Source: Alphaproteobacteria bacterium (GTDB lineage: Bacteria; Pseudomonadota; Alphaproteobacteria; SP197). From it: 64,000 bases of DNA. Both the position numbers and the translations under genes were made by a program. Where the stretch lies: contig OZ245842.1 of assembly GCA_965228895.1 (NCBI GenBank), positions 1,056,001 to 1,120,000 on the forward strand. Direction: 5' to 3'. The notes beneath the pieces are model-generated. The model saw only the letters and a list, made by a program, of their open reading frames with translations, was not told the DNA's origin and did no database searches. Positions 1-9,643 of the stretch are shown in pieces (positions within the stretch are counted from its first letter, which is position 1; each line of letters starts with the position of its first letter).

Positions 1-1304
1 CGTTTGTGGCAGTCTTCGATCAACTCGATGATCGCGTTGAATTTTTCTTCGGCCGTCCGGTACACCTCGTCATGGGCATCCTTGCGCACCATCGGCTGGT
101 GGGTCGGAATCTCGACGACGTCGAGGGTGTAGGTGTTGGCGAACTCGTCGGCTTCCGTCATGGCCGTACCGGTCATGCCGGCGAGCTTGGGATAAAGCCG
201 GAAATAGTTTTGGAAGGTGATAGACGCGAGCGTCTGGTTCTCGGTCTGAATCTTGACGTCTTCCTTCGCTTCCAGCGCCTGATGCAGACCGTCGGAATAC
301 CGTCGGCCTTCCATCATGCGTCCGGTAAACTCGTCGATAATGACGACCTTGTCGTCTTTGACGATGTAGTCGACATCGCGGGTGAAGAGTTTGTGCGCCC
401 GTAGTGCCTGGTTGACGTGGTGAACCGTGCTGACGTTCTCGATGTCGTAGAGACCGCCTTCGGTAATCAGGCCGGCGTCGGCCAGGAGCTTCTCCACATG
501 CTCGACACCGCTGTCGGTGAGCGAGACCGCCTTCTGTTTTTCGTCTTTCTCATAATCGTCGTCGGCGAGTTGCGGGATCAGACCGTTGACGCCGCGATAG
601 GACTCCGATGAATCCTCCGCCGGGCCTGAAATCACCAGCGGTGTCCGCGCCTCGTCAATCAGGATACTGTCGACCTCGTCGACGATCGCAAAGTTGAAGT
701 CGCGCTGAACCATCGAATCCAACGAGAACTTCATGTTGTCGCGCAGGTAGTCGAAACCGAACTCGTTGTTGGTGCCGTAGGTGATATCGGCGGCGTACTG
801 CTCGCGCCGTTCCGCATCGTCCAGGCCCGGTATAATGCAGCCGGTCTCAAGGCCCAGGGCGCCGTACACCTGGCCCATCCATTCGGCGTCGCGCTTGGCC
901 AGGTAATCGTTAACGGTGACCACGTGGACGCCCTTGCCATCGATGGCGTTCAGGTAAACGGGCAGGGTCGCGACCAGGGTCTTGCCCTCGCCGGTCTTCA
1001 TTTCCGAGATGGCGCCGTTGTGCAGGATCATGCCGCCCAGCAGCTGAACGTCATAGTGGCGCTGGCCCAGGGTCCGTTTGGCGGCTTCGCGCACGGTCGC
1101 GAAGGCCTCGGGCAGCAGGTCGTCAAGGCTCTGCCCGTCGGCCAGACGGCCGCGGAACTCGTCGGTTTTTGCGCGCAGTTCATCGTCACCGAGCTTCTCG
1201 AAATCCGCTTCCAGCGCATTGATGCGCTCAACGGTCTTTCCGTACTTGCTTAGCAGACGTTCGTTGGCGGAGCCGAACAGGCGGCGGGCGAGAGCGCCGA
1301 TCAT
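1..1304 (-). CDS. secA: Preprotein translocase ATPase SecA (3' part runs off the window start)
   Basis: Manual translation from ATG 1304: [16 protein letters not shown]..., with EMKTGEGKT (Walker A), [25 protein letters not shown] and [18 protein letters not shown]. Absent from the ORF track because there is no stop in the window. Confidence 0.98.
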   Translation of the reverse strand, partial: MIGALARRLFGSANERLLSKYGKTVERINALEADFEKLGDDELRAKTDEFRGRLADGQSLDDLLPEAFATVREAAKRTLGQRHYDVQLLGGMILHNGAISEMKTGEGKTLVATLPVYLNAIDGKGVHVVTVNDYLAKRDAEWMGQVYGALGLETGCIIPGLDDAERREQYAADITYGTNNEFGFDYLRDNMKFSLDSMVQRDFNFAIVDEVDSILIDEARTPLVISGPAEDSSESYRGVNGLIPQLADDDYEKDEKQKAVSLTDSGVEHVEKLLADAGLITEGGLYDIENVSTVHHVNQALRAHKLFTRDVDYIVKDDKVVIIDEFTGRMMEGRRYSDGLHQALEAKEDVKIQTENQTLASITFQNYFRLYPKLAGMTGTAMTEADEFANTYTLDVVEIPTHQPMVRKDAHDEVYRTAEEKFNAIIELIEDCHK

Positions 1305-1357
1305 AGAATCAATCCGTTCCTGACCCCGGGTTTCAGCGGGTCGAGCATCACGCCGGA

Positions 1358-1386
1358 CACATAAGGAGCAGAAAGCACGGTGTCAA
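1358..1386 (-). promoter_or_regulatory. Putative sigma70 promoter of secA
   Basis: Minus-strand TTGACA (1386-1381), 17-nt spacer, TATGTG (1363-1358), about 54 nt upstream of the ATG. Confidence 0.5.
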
Positions 1387-1522
1387 CGCCATAGCACCAC
1401 GTCGCGCAGTTGTGCGCTGAGGCCTCTTGTCTGTGACACGCCAATGTGATCTGTAGCGCCAGAACGTCTGGACGGCCCCGAAATCCGTTGGCTGACCGCC
1501 CTTCATCCAGGGAGAAAACCTG

Positions 1523-2362
1523 ATGCCGTTACGCTTTGTTGCCTGCCTGTTCTTCTTGCTGGGTGCCACGCCCGCGTTCGCTCAGGACGAGGGCGGCGAC
1601 GTTGTCGCGCGGGTGAATGGCATGGAGGTCACCCGCGATGAGGTTGCGACGGCTATCCTGCAACTGCCGGCGGAGTACCAGCAGGTGCCCATGGAGATCC
1701 TGTGGCAGCCGATCCTGGACCAAGTCATCGATCGCAAGCTGTTGGCGGCGGCTGCGGACGAAAGTGGCCTTGACGAGGGCGAGGAGTTTAACCAGCAAAT
1801 CAATATGATGCGCGAGGAGCTGTTGCAGCAGCTCTATCTGCAGCAACAAGTCGACGAAGGTCTGACCACCGAGGCACTGGACGAAGCCTATGAGCGGTTT
1901 GTGGCTGATTTTGAGGCGGCAGGTGCAGGCGAAGAGGTGCACGCGCGCCACATTCTGGTGACGACCGAAGATGAAGCCAACGCGGTCATCGGGCGCCTTG
2001 ACGATGGCGAGGACTTCGAGACGGTCGCCATGGAGACGTCGATTGGGCCATCTGGCCCAGATGGCGGCGATCTTGGTTTCTTCAGGAAAGAAGACATGGT
2101 GCCGGAATTTGGCGATGCCGCTTTCGCGCTGGAGGAAGGAGAGGTCTCTGGCGCCGTGCAGAGCCCGTTCGGTTGGCATGTCATCAAGGTCGAAGAGCGC
2201 CGCCAGGCAGAGGCGCCGGCCATGGAGGAGGTTGCCGGCGACCTGAGCAATCAGGTTGCACAGGAACTGATTACCGAAGAGATCGAGCGGTTGCGCGCCG
2301 ATGCCGACATCGAATTGATCGAGCCTGTGGTGCAAGAGCCGGACGAAGAGCAAGAAAACTAG
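1523..2362 (+). CDS. Parvulin-type peptidyl-prolyl cis-trans isomerase (PpiC/PrsA family), exported
   Basis: Signal peptide ending AFA; rotamase motifs HARHILV, GGDLGFF, MVPEF and SPFGWHVIKVE; sits between secA and argJ. Confidence 0.93.
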   Translation: MPLRFVACLFFLLGATPAFAQDEGGDVVARVNGMEVTRDEVATAILQLPAEYQQVPMEILWQPILDQVIDRKLLAAAADESGLDEGEEFNQQINMMREELLQQLYLQQQVDEGLTTEALDEAYERFVADFEAAGAGEEVHARHILVTTEDEANAVIGRLDDGEDFETVAMETSIGPSGPDGGDLGFFRKEDMVPEFGDAAFALEEGEVSGAVQSPFGWHVIKVEERRQAEAPAMEEVAGDLSNQVAQELITEEIERLRADADIELIEPVVQEPDEEQEN

Positions 2363-2370
2363 ACGTCGCC

Positions 2371-3618
2371 ATGGCCAAACACCCGAAGGTCGCCCGGTCG
2401 CCGCTGGCGCCGGCACGGTTTCCTGATCTTTCACCGGTCAGGGGCGTAAGCCTGGCGGCCGGCCATTGCGGTATCCGCGGTACCGGGACGTCGCTCGATC
2501 TGATGTTGGCGGTGTTTGACAAGGGAACCAGTGTTGCCGGTGTCTACACCCGCTCCAGCACGGCGGGCGCGCCGGTGCGTTGGTGCCGCCGGATCCTGAC
2601 GAACGGTCAGGCGCGCGCGCTGGTGGTTAACTCCGGCAACGCCAATGTCTATACCGGCAAGCCCGGCGATGACGCCGTCAAGGCGACCGCGACGGCGGTG
2701 GCGAAACTGCTGGGTACCACGGCCAATCGCGTCCACATTGCCTCGACCGGCGTGATTGGCGAGCCGCTGCCGGTCGAAAGGGTGATCGCCACGCTCCCCA
2801 AGATGGCGAAGAGGTTGGATCACGGGGCATGGAAACCGGCGGCCGAAGCGATCATGACCACCGACACCTATCCCAAGGGCGCCACGCGAGAGGTCGAGGT
2901 TGACGGTGAGACCGTGACGATCACGGGCATCGCCAAGGGCTCGGGCATGATCGCGCCAGACATGGCGACCATGCTGGCTTATGTCTTTACCGATGCCGCG
3001 GTCACGACCGAGATCCTGCAGTCCCTGCTGCAGTCCGCCGCCGACAAGTCGTTCAACTGCATCACCGTCGACAGCGACACCTCGACCAGTGACACCCTGG
3101 AGATGTTTGCGACCGGCAAAGCCGGTCATACGCCGATCGACAATCTGCGCGACCGCCGGCTGAAGGTCTTTCGTGCCGCCCTCGACGATCTGTGCCTGGA
3201 TCTGGCCCATCAGGTCGTGCGTGACGGCGAGGGCGCGCAGAAGTTCATCGAGATCAAGGTCGAAGGCGCGCGCTCAGCTCTCTCGGCACGACGCATCGGG
3301 CTCGCCATCGCCAACTCGCCCCTGGTCAAGACAGCGATCGCCGGCGGCGATGCCAACTGGGGCCGTATCGTGATGGCGGTCGGCAAGTCGGGCGAGGACA
3401 TTGCAGAGACCAGTCTGACCATTCATGTCGGCGGCCACCCGGTGGCGATAAACGGCGCGCCGCCCGCCGATTACGACGAGGCGCCGGTCGCCCGCCACAT
3501 GGCCGGTCGTTCGATCAAGATGTCAGTCGATGTCGGCATCGGACGCGGCGAAGCCACCGTTTGGACCTGTGACCTCACCCACGGCTATATCGAGATCAAC
3601 GCCGACTACCGCAGTTGA
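2371..3618 (+). CDS. argJ: Glutamate N-acetyltransferase/ornithine acetyltransferase ArgJ
   Basis: NSGNAN, IMTTDT, KGSGMIAPDMATML (autoproteolytic Thr), DGEGA, ANWGRI and C-terminal YIEINADYRS; ATG at 2371. Confidence 0.97.
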   Translation: MAKHPKVARSPLAPARFPDLSPVRGVSLAAGHCGIRGTGTSLDLMLAVFDKGTSVAGVYTRSSTAGAPVRWCRRILTNGQARALVVNSGNANVYTGKPGDDAVKATATAVAKLLGTTANRVHIASTGVIGEPLPVERVIATLPKMAKRLDHGAWKPAAEAIMTTDTYPKGATREVEVDGETVTITGIAKGSGMIAPDMATMLAYVFTDAAVTTEILQSLLQSAADKSFNCITVDSDTSTSDTLEMFATGKAGHTPIDNLRDRRLKVFRAALDDLCLDLAHQVVRDGEGAQKFIEIKVEGARSALSARRIGLAIANSPLVKTAIAGGDANWGRIVMAVGKSGEDIAETSLTIHVGGHPVAINGAPPADYDEAPVARHMAGRSIKMSVDVGIGRGEATVWTCDLTHGYIEINADYRS

Positions 3619-3651
3619 GGTTGATTGTCCGCGATCGAGTCCGTCGGCACG

Positions 3652-4017
3652 CTAGCCGGTTTTTTCAACACAGAATTCGACGGCGTCCATAAATGTCTTG
3701 TTCGTCGTCAGAACATCTGAGTCGCTGGCGCCAGCGGCCAGGCGCTGCGAGATCTCCTCTGCCACCTCGAGATATTCTTTGAACGGCATGGTTCTTTCGA
3801 TTTCCGTCACAAAGCACCGGCAGTACTGTTTCATCCACTTCGAGTTGTCTTCAGCAATGCAGCTGTCGTAGTCGGCCTGGAGATATTCCGGCGGGATCGG
3901 TTCGGCCATCGCTTCGGATGCCAAAAGCCCCGACGAGACGAAAACAAGGCCGGCCATCGCGAACAGGGCGAAGGTCCGCTTGGTTGCCCGTAAGGTCGCA
4001 CTAATCATCAAAACCAT
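3652..4017 (-). CDS. Small secreted hypothetical protein with four Cys (C..CxC..C)
   Basis: ORF with a signal-peptide-like N-terminus (KRTFALFAMAGLVFVSSGLLASEAMA). Start could be 4038, 4017 or 4008. Confidence 0.65.
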   Translation of the reverse strand: MVLMISATLRATKRTFALFAMAGLVFVSSGLLASEAMAEPIPPEYLQADYDSCIAEDNSKWMKQYCRCFVTEIERTMPFKEYLEVAEEISQRLAAGASDSDVLTTNKTFMDAVEFCVEKTG

Positions 4018-4197
4018 CGCCGCCTCGACGTTGCTCATGCGCTGATCTCGATGAGTTTATCGCGTTCACCGTGCGCGTGCCATGCGCTTCGTCGCGTCGT
4101 GCCTTGCGCGCTCAGGCGTACCCGTGAGGTGGGCGCTTGCGCCGCTGCGGCCATGCTCTAGCATGCCGGCCGGTTTTGATGACTGTGGAGGTCACCC

Positions 4198-5130
4198 ATG
4201 TCGAGTTTTGCCGTTGCTGGCGTTCAAATGGCCGTCAGCAATCATGACAACACCGACGCCTTGGAAGCCCAAGTCCGCCGTGCGCTGACGTCGTTTCCCT
4301 GGGTCCAGATGGTTGTCGTCGGCGAAGCCGCGCCGGTTGGTTTCCGTCAGGACCTGGCTGTCGAACTGCCCGGGCCGATGGAACATCGCTTTGCCGCCCT
4401 GGCGCATGAACTCGGCATCTGGCTGATTCCAGGCTCCTTCATGGAGCGCCGTGGCGCGCACATTCACAACACGGCGTCGGTGATCAATCCGGCGGGCGAG
4501 ATCGTGACGCGCTACCGCAAGATCTTTCCGTTCTATCCGTACGAAGCCGGCGTGACGCCGGGCAGCGAAGTCTGTGTTTTCGACGTGCCTGGCGTCGGGC
4601 GCTTCGGGCTTTCGATCTGCTACGACAAGTGGTTTCCCGAAACAACGCGCCAGATGTGCTGGCAGGGCGCGGAGGTGATCCTGCAGCCGACAGCGACCGG
4701 CACCGTCGACCGCGATGTCGAGCTGGCCATCGCGCGCGCCAACGCGGCGATCAACCAGTGCTACTTCGTCGACATCAACGGCGCCAAGGGGCCGCTGGGC
4801 ACCGGGCGCTCGGTCGTCGTCGCGCCGGAAGGCGAGATCGTGCACGAGGCCGGCGAGACCGAGGAGACGTTGCCCGTCATCCTGGACCTTGAACGCGTGC
4901 GCCGCGTGCGCCGTGTCGGTTTCCACGGTCTGGGTCAGGTGATGAAGAGTTTCCGCGACAACCCTGTCGTCTTGCCGGCCTACCAGGCAGGTCGACCGAT
5001 CCCCGCCGAGATGGCGGCGCTTGGTGAGCTGCGCATGCCCCAGCAGCGCGACATGGCCGCCGGACGCATGGTCGAGGATGTCGTCGACTTCGCGGTGCCC
5101 GATACACGCACCGGAACCGCCGGCGACTAG
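4198..5130 (+). CDS. Carbon-nitrogen hydrolase (nitrilase superfamily)
   Basis: E-K-C triad in GEAA, YRKIFP and ICYD; SD GGAGG upstream. Confidence 0.9.
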   Translation: MSSFAVAGVQMAVSNHDNTDALEAQVRRALTSFPWVQMVVVGEAAPVGFRQDLAVELPGPMEHRFAALAHELGIWLIPGSFMERRGAHIHNTASVINPAGEIVTRYRKIFPFYPYEAGVTPGSEVCVFDVPGVGRFGLSICYDKWFPETTRQMCWQGAEVILQPTATGTVDRDVELAIARANAAINQCYFVDINGAKGPLGTGRSVVVAPEGEIVHEAGETEETLPVILDLERVRRVRRVGFHGLGQVMKSFRDNPVVLPAYQAGRPIPAEMAALGELRMPQQRDMAAGRMVEDVVDFAVPDTRTGTAGD

Positions 5131-5160
5131 CGCGCCGGGCGCCAACGGGGACGCCCACCG

Positions 5161-5712
5161 ATGAAACGACCTGTCATGAACGCGCTGAAGACCAGGCGGC
5201 TCAATCTCGTGCCGTTCACGCAAGACCATGCCGCCGATGTCCAACGCTACTCCGGGCATTGGGAAGTCGCGCGCTACACCGCGAACATTCCCTATCCCTA
5301 TCCGGCCGATGGTGCCTTGGCCTTCGCCCGTGACGTCGAGTTCGACCGGCGTAACGGAGGGGGCGGTCTGGTCTTCGCAATTTCGCTCAAGGTCGAGAAA
5401 CAAGTCGTCGGCTTGATCGATCTCAACCTAACCGATGACGCGCGTTCCGCTGAAATGGGCTACGCGCTGTCGCCGGAGATCTGGGGACAGGGCATCGCGT
5501 GCGAGGCCGCCAAAGTTGTCATGGATTGGGGCTTCGGTAGCGCCGGCCTCGACGCCATCGTCGCACGCGCCCTGGTGGTCAACCGCGCCTCATGCCGGGT
5601 ACTGCAAAAGGCGGGGTTTCGCCGTGTCGGTCACGGCAACCTCTACATGCCCGAGCGCCGCAAGACCGGGCTGTTCGAGGAGTACCGGACGTTACGGCGG
5701 GAGTGGCAGTGA
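5161..5712 (+). CDS. GNAT N-acetyltransferase, RimJ/RimL type (copy 1)
   Basis: TRRLNL, EMGYALSPEIWGQGIACEA and NRASCRVLQKAGF. Confidence 0.9.
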   Translation: MKRPVMNALKTRRLNLVPFTQDHAADVQRYSGHWEVARYTANIPYPYPADGALAFARDVEFDRRNGGGGLVFAISLKVEKQVVGLIDLNLTDDARSAEMGYALSPEIWGQGIACEAAKVVMDWGFGSAGLDAIVARALVVNRASCRVLQKAGFRRVGHGNLYMPERRKTGLFEEYRTLRREWQ

Positions 5713-6266
5713 TGAACCGTATCGCCATGAACGCGCTGAAAACCCGGCGGCTCAATCTGGTGCCGTTTACGCAAGACCATGCCGCAGACGTCGATAGCTT
5801 CTCATCTCTCTGGGAGGTCGCGCGTTACACGATGGGCATTCCCCATCCCTATCCACACGGTGATGTGGTGGCCTTTGCCCGCGAGGTCGAATTCGATCGG
5901 CGCAATGGTGCCGGCGGCCTCGTCTTTGCGACCTCGCTCAAGGGCGACAACCGGATTGTTGGCGTGATCGAGCTCGACCTCGCCGGCGATGCCCGTTCGG
6001 CCGAGTTGGGCTATGCCTTTTCGCCCGTTGTCTGGGGATGTGGCCTCGCGGTTGAGGCGGCCGAGGCCGTCATGGGTTGGGGTTTCGAAAGCGCCCGCCT
6101 CGATGCGGTCGTCGCAAGAGCCCTGGTCGTCAACCGCGCGTCGTGCCGGGTCCTGCAGAAGGCCGGCTTTCGGCGCGTTGGGCACGGTTCCATGTACATG
6201 CCTGAGCGGCGCAAGACGGGCACGTTCGAGGACTACAGGCTGTTGCGCCGGGAGTGGCAGGGGTGA
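5712..6266 (+). CDS. GNAT N-acetyltransferase, RimJ/RimL type (copy 2, tandem paralogue)
   Basis: ATG overlaps the TGA of copy 1 (TGATG at 5710-5714); colinear with copy 1. Confidence 0.9.
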   Translation: MNRIAMNALKTRRLNLVPFTQDHAADVDSFSSLWEVARYTMGIPHPYPHGDVVAFAREVEFDRRNGAGGLVFATSLKGDNRIVGVIELDLAGDARSAELGYAFSPVVWGCGLAVEAAEAVMGWGFESARLDAVVARALVVNRASCRVLQKAGFRRVGHGSMYMPERRKTGTFEDYRLLRREWQG

Positions 6267-6661
6267 AGACGGTCCTGGTCGCCGCTTGTGCCCTGGTCGA
6301 TCCGGACGACCGCGTATTGCTCGCGCGCCGCCCACCGGGCAAGGCGATGGCGGGTCTTTGGGAGTTCCCGGGCGGCAAGGTCGACCTTGGCGAAACGCCG
6401 GAGGTGGCGCTGATCCGCGAGTTGAACGAAGAACTCGCCATCGATGTGACCGAAGCCTGCCTGGCGCCGTTCACCTTCGCGTCGCACGTCTACGACGACT
6501 TCCACCTGTTGATGCCGCTTTATGTCTGTCGCAAGTGGGAGGGGTTCGTGACGGCGCAAGAGGGTCAGGAACTCGCCTGGGTCAGGCCGCTGCGCATGAA
6601 CCAGTACCCCATGCCGCCGGCCGACGAACCGCTGGTCGCCATGCTGTGTGACCTGCTCTAG
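6263..6661 (+). CDS. mutT: 8-oxo-dGTP diphosphatase MutT (Nudix)
   Basis: Nudix box WEFPGGKVDLGETPEVALIRELNEEL, plus FHLLMPLY and MPPAD. GTG start overlaps the upstream TGA, with GGAG SD. Confidence 0.92.
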   Translation: MKTVLVAACALVDPDDRVLLARRPPGKAMAGLWEFPGGKVDLGETPEVALIRELNEELAIDVTEACLAPFTFASHVYDDFHLLMPLYVCRKWEGFVTAQEGQELAWVRPLRMNQYPMPPADEPLVAMLCDLL

Positions 6662-7536
6662 CCGTCCGTTCCCAGCACGTCGACCAAGCTAACCTCGCCG
6701 CTGCCGCGCCGCGCCGGTTTCTGCTGGCCCTCGTGGGGCCGCCAAGCCGTCAGGTAGATGACCTGGAAGGTCGCGGGCACCCGCCCTTCGGCGTCGGCGA
6801 AACGCTCGTGATAGGCCGCGACCGATCCCAACAGAACATCGCGCCGGCTCATATGGCGTGGCCGCTCGATCGCGGCGTTGGTTTCGCCCATGTGGCGGAG
6901 GTCGCGCATCAGGGCGAGGGCATCGGGATAGGTGACATCGATGCGGTCGCTGTCGACAACGGGAAGGGCAAAACCGGCACGCTGAAGCAAGGCGCCGGCG
7001 TCCCGCACATCGACCAGCGGTGCGATGCGCGGCGCCATGCCGCCGGTCGCGGCGAGTTCCGCTTCACCGAGCGCCTGGCCGAGTTCGTGCAGCGTTTCAC
7101 CGCCGAACAGGCTCGCCAGAAACAGACCGTCGGGTTTGAGGGCGCGCCGTATCTGGCTCAGCACGCCAGGCAGGTCGTTGGCCCAGTGGAGTGCGAGATT
7201 GCTGATCACCAGATCAAGACTGCCATCGGCGAACGGAAAGAGCTCTTCGTCGCAGATTGTCCCGAGCGACAATGCATCACCCGACGCTCTTATCGAGAGA
7301 TTGGTCTCCACCAATGTCTCAACGCCGCCATGTCCGACCAGCAAACCCTTTAGCAGACCGTCTCGCGCGCCGATTTCGACAGCCAGCGGGAACTGTCGGG
7401 TAAGGTCGTCCAGCCGGTCCACGAGACGTTCGCCGACCTCACGGAACAGAAAATCATGGTCGGCGAAACTTGCGGCAGCGCGCTCGCGATTGCGGCGAAC
7501 CGTCGCACGATCGAAGACCTGAACCCGTGTGTCCAT
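6658..7536 (-). CDS. SAM-dependent methyltransferase (BioC-like/NDUFAF5 homologue)
   Basis: VFDR, LALHWANDLPG, LLQRAGFALPVVD, LMRDLRHMGE and ATFQVIYL; divergent from comF. Confidence 0.88.
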   Translation of the reverse strand: MDTRVQVFDRATVRRNRERAAASFADHDFLFREVGERLVDRLDDLTRQFPLAVEIGARDGLLKGLLVGHGGVETLVETNLSIRASGDALSLGTICDEELFPFADGSLDLVISNLALHWANDLPGVLSQIRRALKPDGLFLASLFGGETLHELGQALGEAELAATGGMAPRIAPLVDVRDAGALLQRAGFALPVVDSDRIDVTYPDALALMRDLRHMGETNAAIERPRHMSRRDVLLGSVAAYHERFADAEGRVPATFQVIYLTAWRPHEGQQKPARRGSGEVSLVDVLGTDG

Positions 7537-7616
7537 GACAACCTCTATTGCCAGGGCTGTGGCGCACCGGCAACGGCAGTCTTGAACTTTCCGCGGAAAC
7601 ACCGCCGAATTGGCGG

Positions 7617-8375
7617 ATGACGGATCACGCCACACTTCTCAATCGCGTTCGCTGGACCGGCAGGCTGGCGCTCGACACGGTGCTGCCGCCGCGCTGTCTT
7701 GCCTGCGGTGAGATGGTCGATCAGCAAGGTCAGATCTGTCCGGTCTGCTGGCCCGGTCTCGACTTCATCGCGCGACCCTATTGCGCGATCTGCGGCACGC
7801 CGTTTGCCTATGACATGGGCAAGGACGCCATTTGCGGCAGTTGTTCGGCCGAGGCGCCGGCGTTCGATCGCGGACGCGCGGCACTGGTGTACAACGACCT
7901 TGCCGCGCGTCTGATTGTTGGATTCAAACATACCGACAGGACTCATCATGCGCCCGTGTTTGCGCGCTGGCTTGCGGCTGCCGGCGCCGACATTCTCGAT
8001 GCTGCCGATGTCCTGACGGCCGTGCCCTTGCACCGCCATCGCCTGTGGCGTCGCCGATTCAACCAATCGGCCATGATGGCGGGCGCCTTGGCGGCATTGA
8101 CGGGTTCAATCGCTTTGCCGGATGCGCTTGTACGCACCCGTCCGACGCCCAGCCAAAGCGGTCGGACGCGTCTGCAGCGTTTCGAGAACGTGCGCGGCGC
8201 CTTTAAGCCCAGGCCGTCTCGCCTTGCTGAAATCGCCGGCAAGCGTGTCGCGGTCATCGACGATGTCTTCACGACCGGCGCGACCTTGAGCACCGTGGCG
8301 CGCTGTCTTAAACAAGCCGGGGCCGCGCGCGTCGATGTACTAACCCTTGCGCGTGTCGTGCGCCATCCTACGTAG
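7617..8375 (+). CDS. comF: ComF family protein (double zinc ribbon plus PRTase fold)
   Basis: Four CxxC pairs, VPLH..R...RRFNQS and IDDVFTTGAT. Confidence 0.92.
   Translation: MTDHATLLNRVRWTGRLALDTVLPPRCLACGEMVDQQGQICPVCWPGLDFIARPYCAICGTPFAYDMGKDAICGSCSAEAPAFDRGRAALVYNDLAARLIVGFKHTDRTHHAPVFARWLAAAGADILDAADVLTAVPLHRHRLWRRRFNQSAMMAGALAALTGSIALPDALVRTRPTPSQSGRTRLQRFENVRGAFKPRPSRLAEIAGKRVAVIDDVFTTGATLSTVARCLKQAGAARVDVLTLARVVRHPT
8346..8373 (+). promoter_or_regulatory. Putative RpoH (sigma32) promoter for grxC inside the comF 3' end
   Basis: CTTGCG-N15-CCTACGT resembles the alphaproteobacterial RpoH consensus CTTGAA-N15/16-CCTATAT. Confidence 0.45.
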
Positions 8376-8413
8376 CATGCTACATTATCGCGAATTTGAG
8401 AGAGATCTGTTCG

Positions 8414-8677
8414 ATGGCCGAAGTCGTTATGTATTCCACCATGTTTTGTCCGTTCTGCATGCGGGCGAAGGCGCTGTTGAAGGACAAAGGCGTCGATTTC
8501 GAGGAGATCGACGTCATGTTCGATGGTGCCAAGCGCGCGGAAATGACCGAACGGTCCGGCGGTGGGCGCACGGTGCCGCAGATCTTTATCGACGGCGAGC
8601 CGATCGGCGGGTTTGATGAACTCAACGCCCTCGACCGTGAGGGCCGTCTCGACGACCTCTTGGGAATAGCCGCATGA
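8414..8677 (+). CDS. grxC: Glutaredoxin 3
   Basis: CPFC active site, TVPQIFI and GGFDEL. Confidence 0.95.
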   Translation: MAEVVMYSTMFCPFCMRAKALLKDKGVDFEEIDVMFDGAKRAEMTERSGGGRTVPQIFIDGEPIGGFDELNALDREGRLDDLLGIAA

Positions 8678-9525
8678 CCACACCCCTTACGATCGCCTGT
8701 GTTCAGGTCAACGCCGACGGCAATGTCGAGCGCAACATCGAGAATGCCGTCGACCTGGTGCGACAAGCCGCCGATGCCGGCGCCGAGTTGATCGGACTAC
8801 CCGAAAACGTTGCCTTGATGGCGGCGAGTGAAGAGGAGCGGTTGGACAATTCCTATACGCCGAAGGACCACCCGGCGCTGATCGCGTTCGCCGCGGTCGC
8901 CAAGGAAAAAGGCGTCTGGCTGCAGGCTGGCTCCGTGGCCGCGTTGCGGCAGGACGGGGATCTCGCCAACCACGCTTTTTTGTTCGGGCCCGACGGCGAG
9001 ACCGTTGCGGACTACGAGAAGATCCACATGTTCGATGTCGATCTTCCCGATGGTTCCGTTTACCGCGAGTCCAAGATGTTCCATCCCGGTGACAAGGCGG
9101 TTCTGGCGCCGACGCCGTGGGGCGATCTTGGCATGACCGTCTGCTATGACCTCAGGTTCCCGCAGCTCTACCGCGACCTCGCCCAGGCCGGCGCACGGCT
9201 GCTGACCGTGCCGTCTGCGTTCACCAAGGTCACTGGTGACGCCCATTGGGAACTATTGCTGCGCGCCCGTGCTGTCGAGAACGGCTGTTTTGTTTTTGCG
9301 CCGTGCCAGACCGGCAACCACCCGGGCAACCGCCGGACCTGCGGCCATTCCCTCATCATCGACCCCTGGGGCGTGGTGCTGGCCGATGGCGGCACCGAGG
9401 TCGGCTTTGTCAGCGCGACCGTCGATATGGATGAGGTCGATCGTGTGCGTAGTATCCTGCCGTCGCTAACCCACGACCGCGTCTATAAACCGCCGGTCGG
9501 CGAACACCGCGACGCCGCCGAGTAG
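8674..9525 (+). CDS. Nit1-like carbon-nitrogen hydrolase (deaminated glutathione amidase type)
   Basis: LPEN, YEKIHMFDV, VCYDLRFP, HWELLLRARAVEN and GHSLIIDPWG; ATGA overlap with grxC. Confidence 0.92.
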   Translation: MTTPLTIACVQVNADGNVERNIENAVDLVRQAADAGAELIGLPENVALMAASEEERLDNSYTPKDHPALIAFAAVAKEKGVWLQAGSVAALRQDGDLANHAFLFGPDGETVADYEKIHMFDVDLPDGSVYRESKMFHPGDKAVLAPTPWGDLGMTVCYDLRFPQLYRDLAQAGARLLTVPSAFTKVTGDAHWELLLRARAVENGCFVFAPCQTGNHPGNRRTCGHSLIIDPWGVVLADGGTEVGFVSATVDMDEVDRVRSILPSLTHDRVYKPPVGEHRDAAE

Positions 9526-9547
9526 GGTTTCGCTCACGCGGTATATT

Positions 9548-9618
9548 CGCCGGCCCACTCCCCCGCCCGGCCACCCCGAGGATGCTGCCATGGGTGGCCG
9601 GGCGGGGGAGTGGGCTGG
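9548..9618 (+). repeat. GC-rich palindromic REP/MITE-like element, copy 1
   Basis: 27-bp arms at 9550-9576 and 9592-9618 with one G-T mismatch, and a 15-nt loop CGAGGATGCTGCCAT. Near-identical copies at 10766 and 57895. Confidence 0.9.
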
Positions 9619-9643
9619 TCCAGCTAACTAAAGCGAGATCGCG

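Noticed and set aside
6252-6266. -1 frameshift fusing GNAT2 to MutT
   Set aside because: An ordinary GTGA overlap with its own GGAG SD explains the junction, and there is no slippery heptamer.
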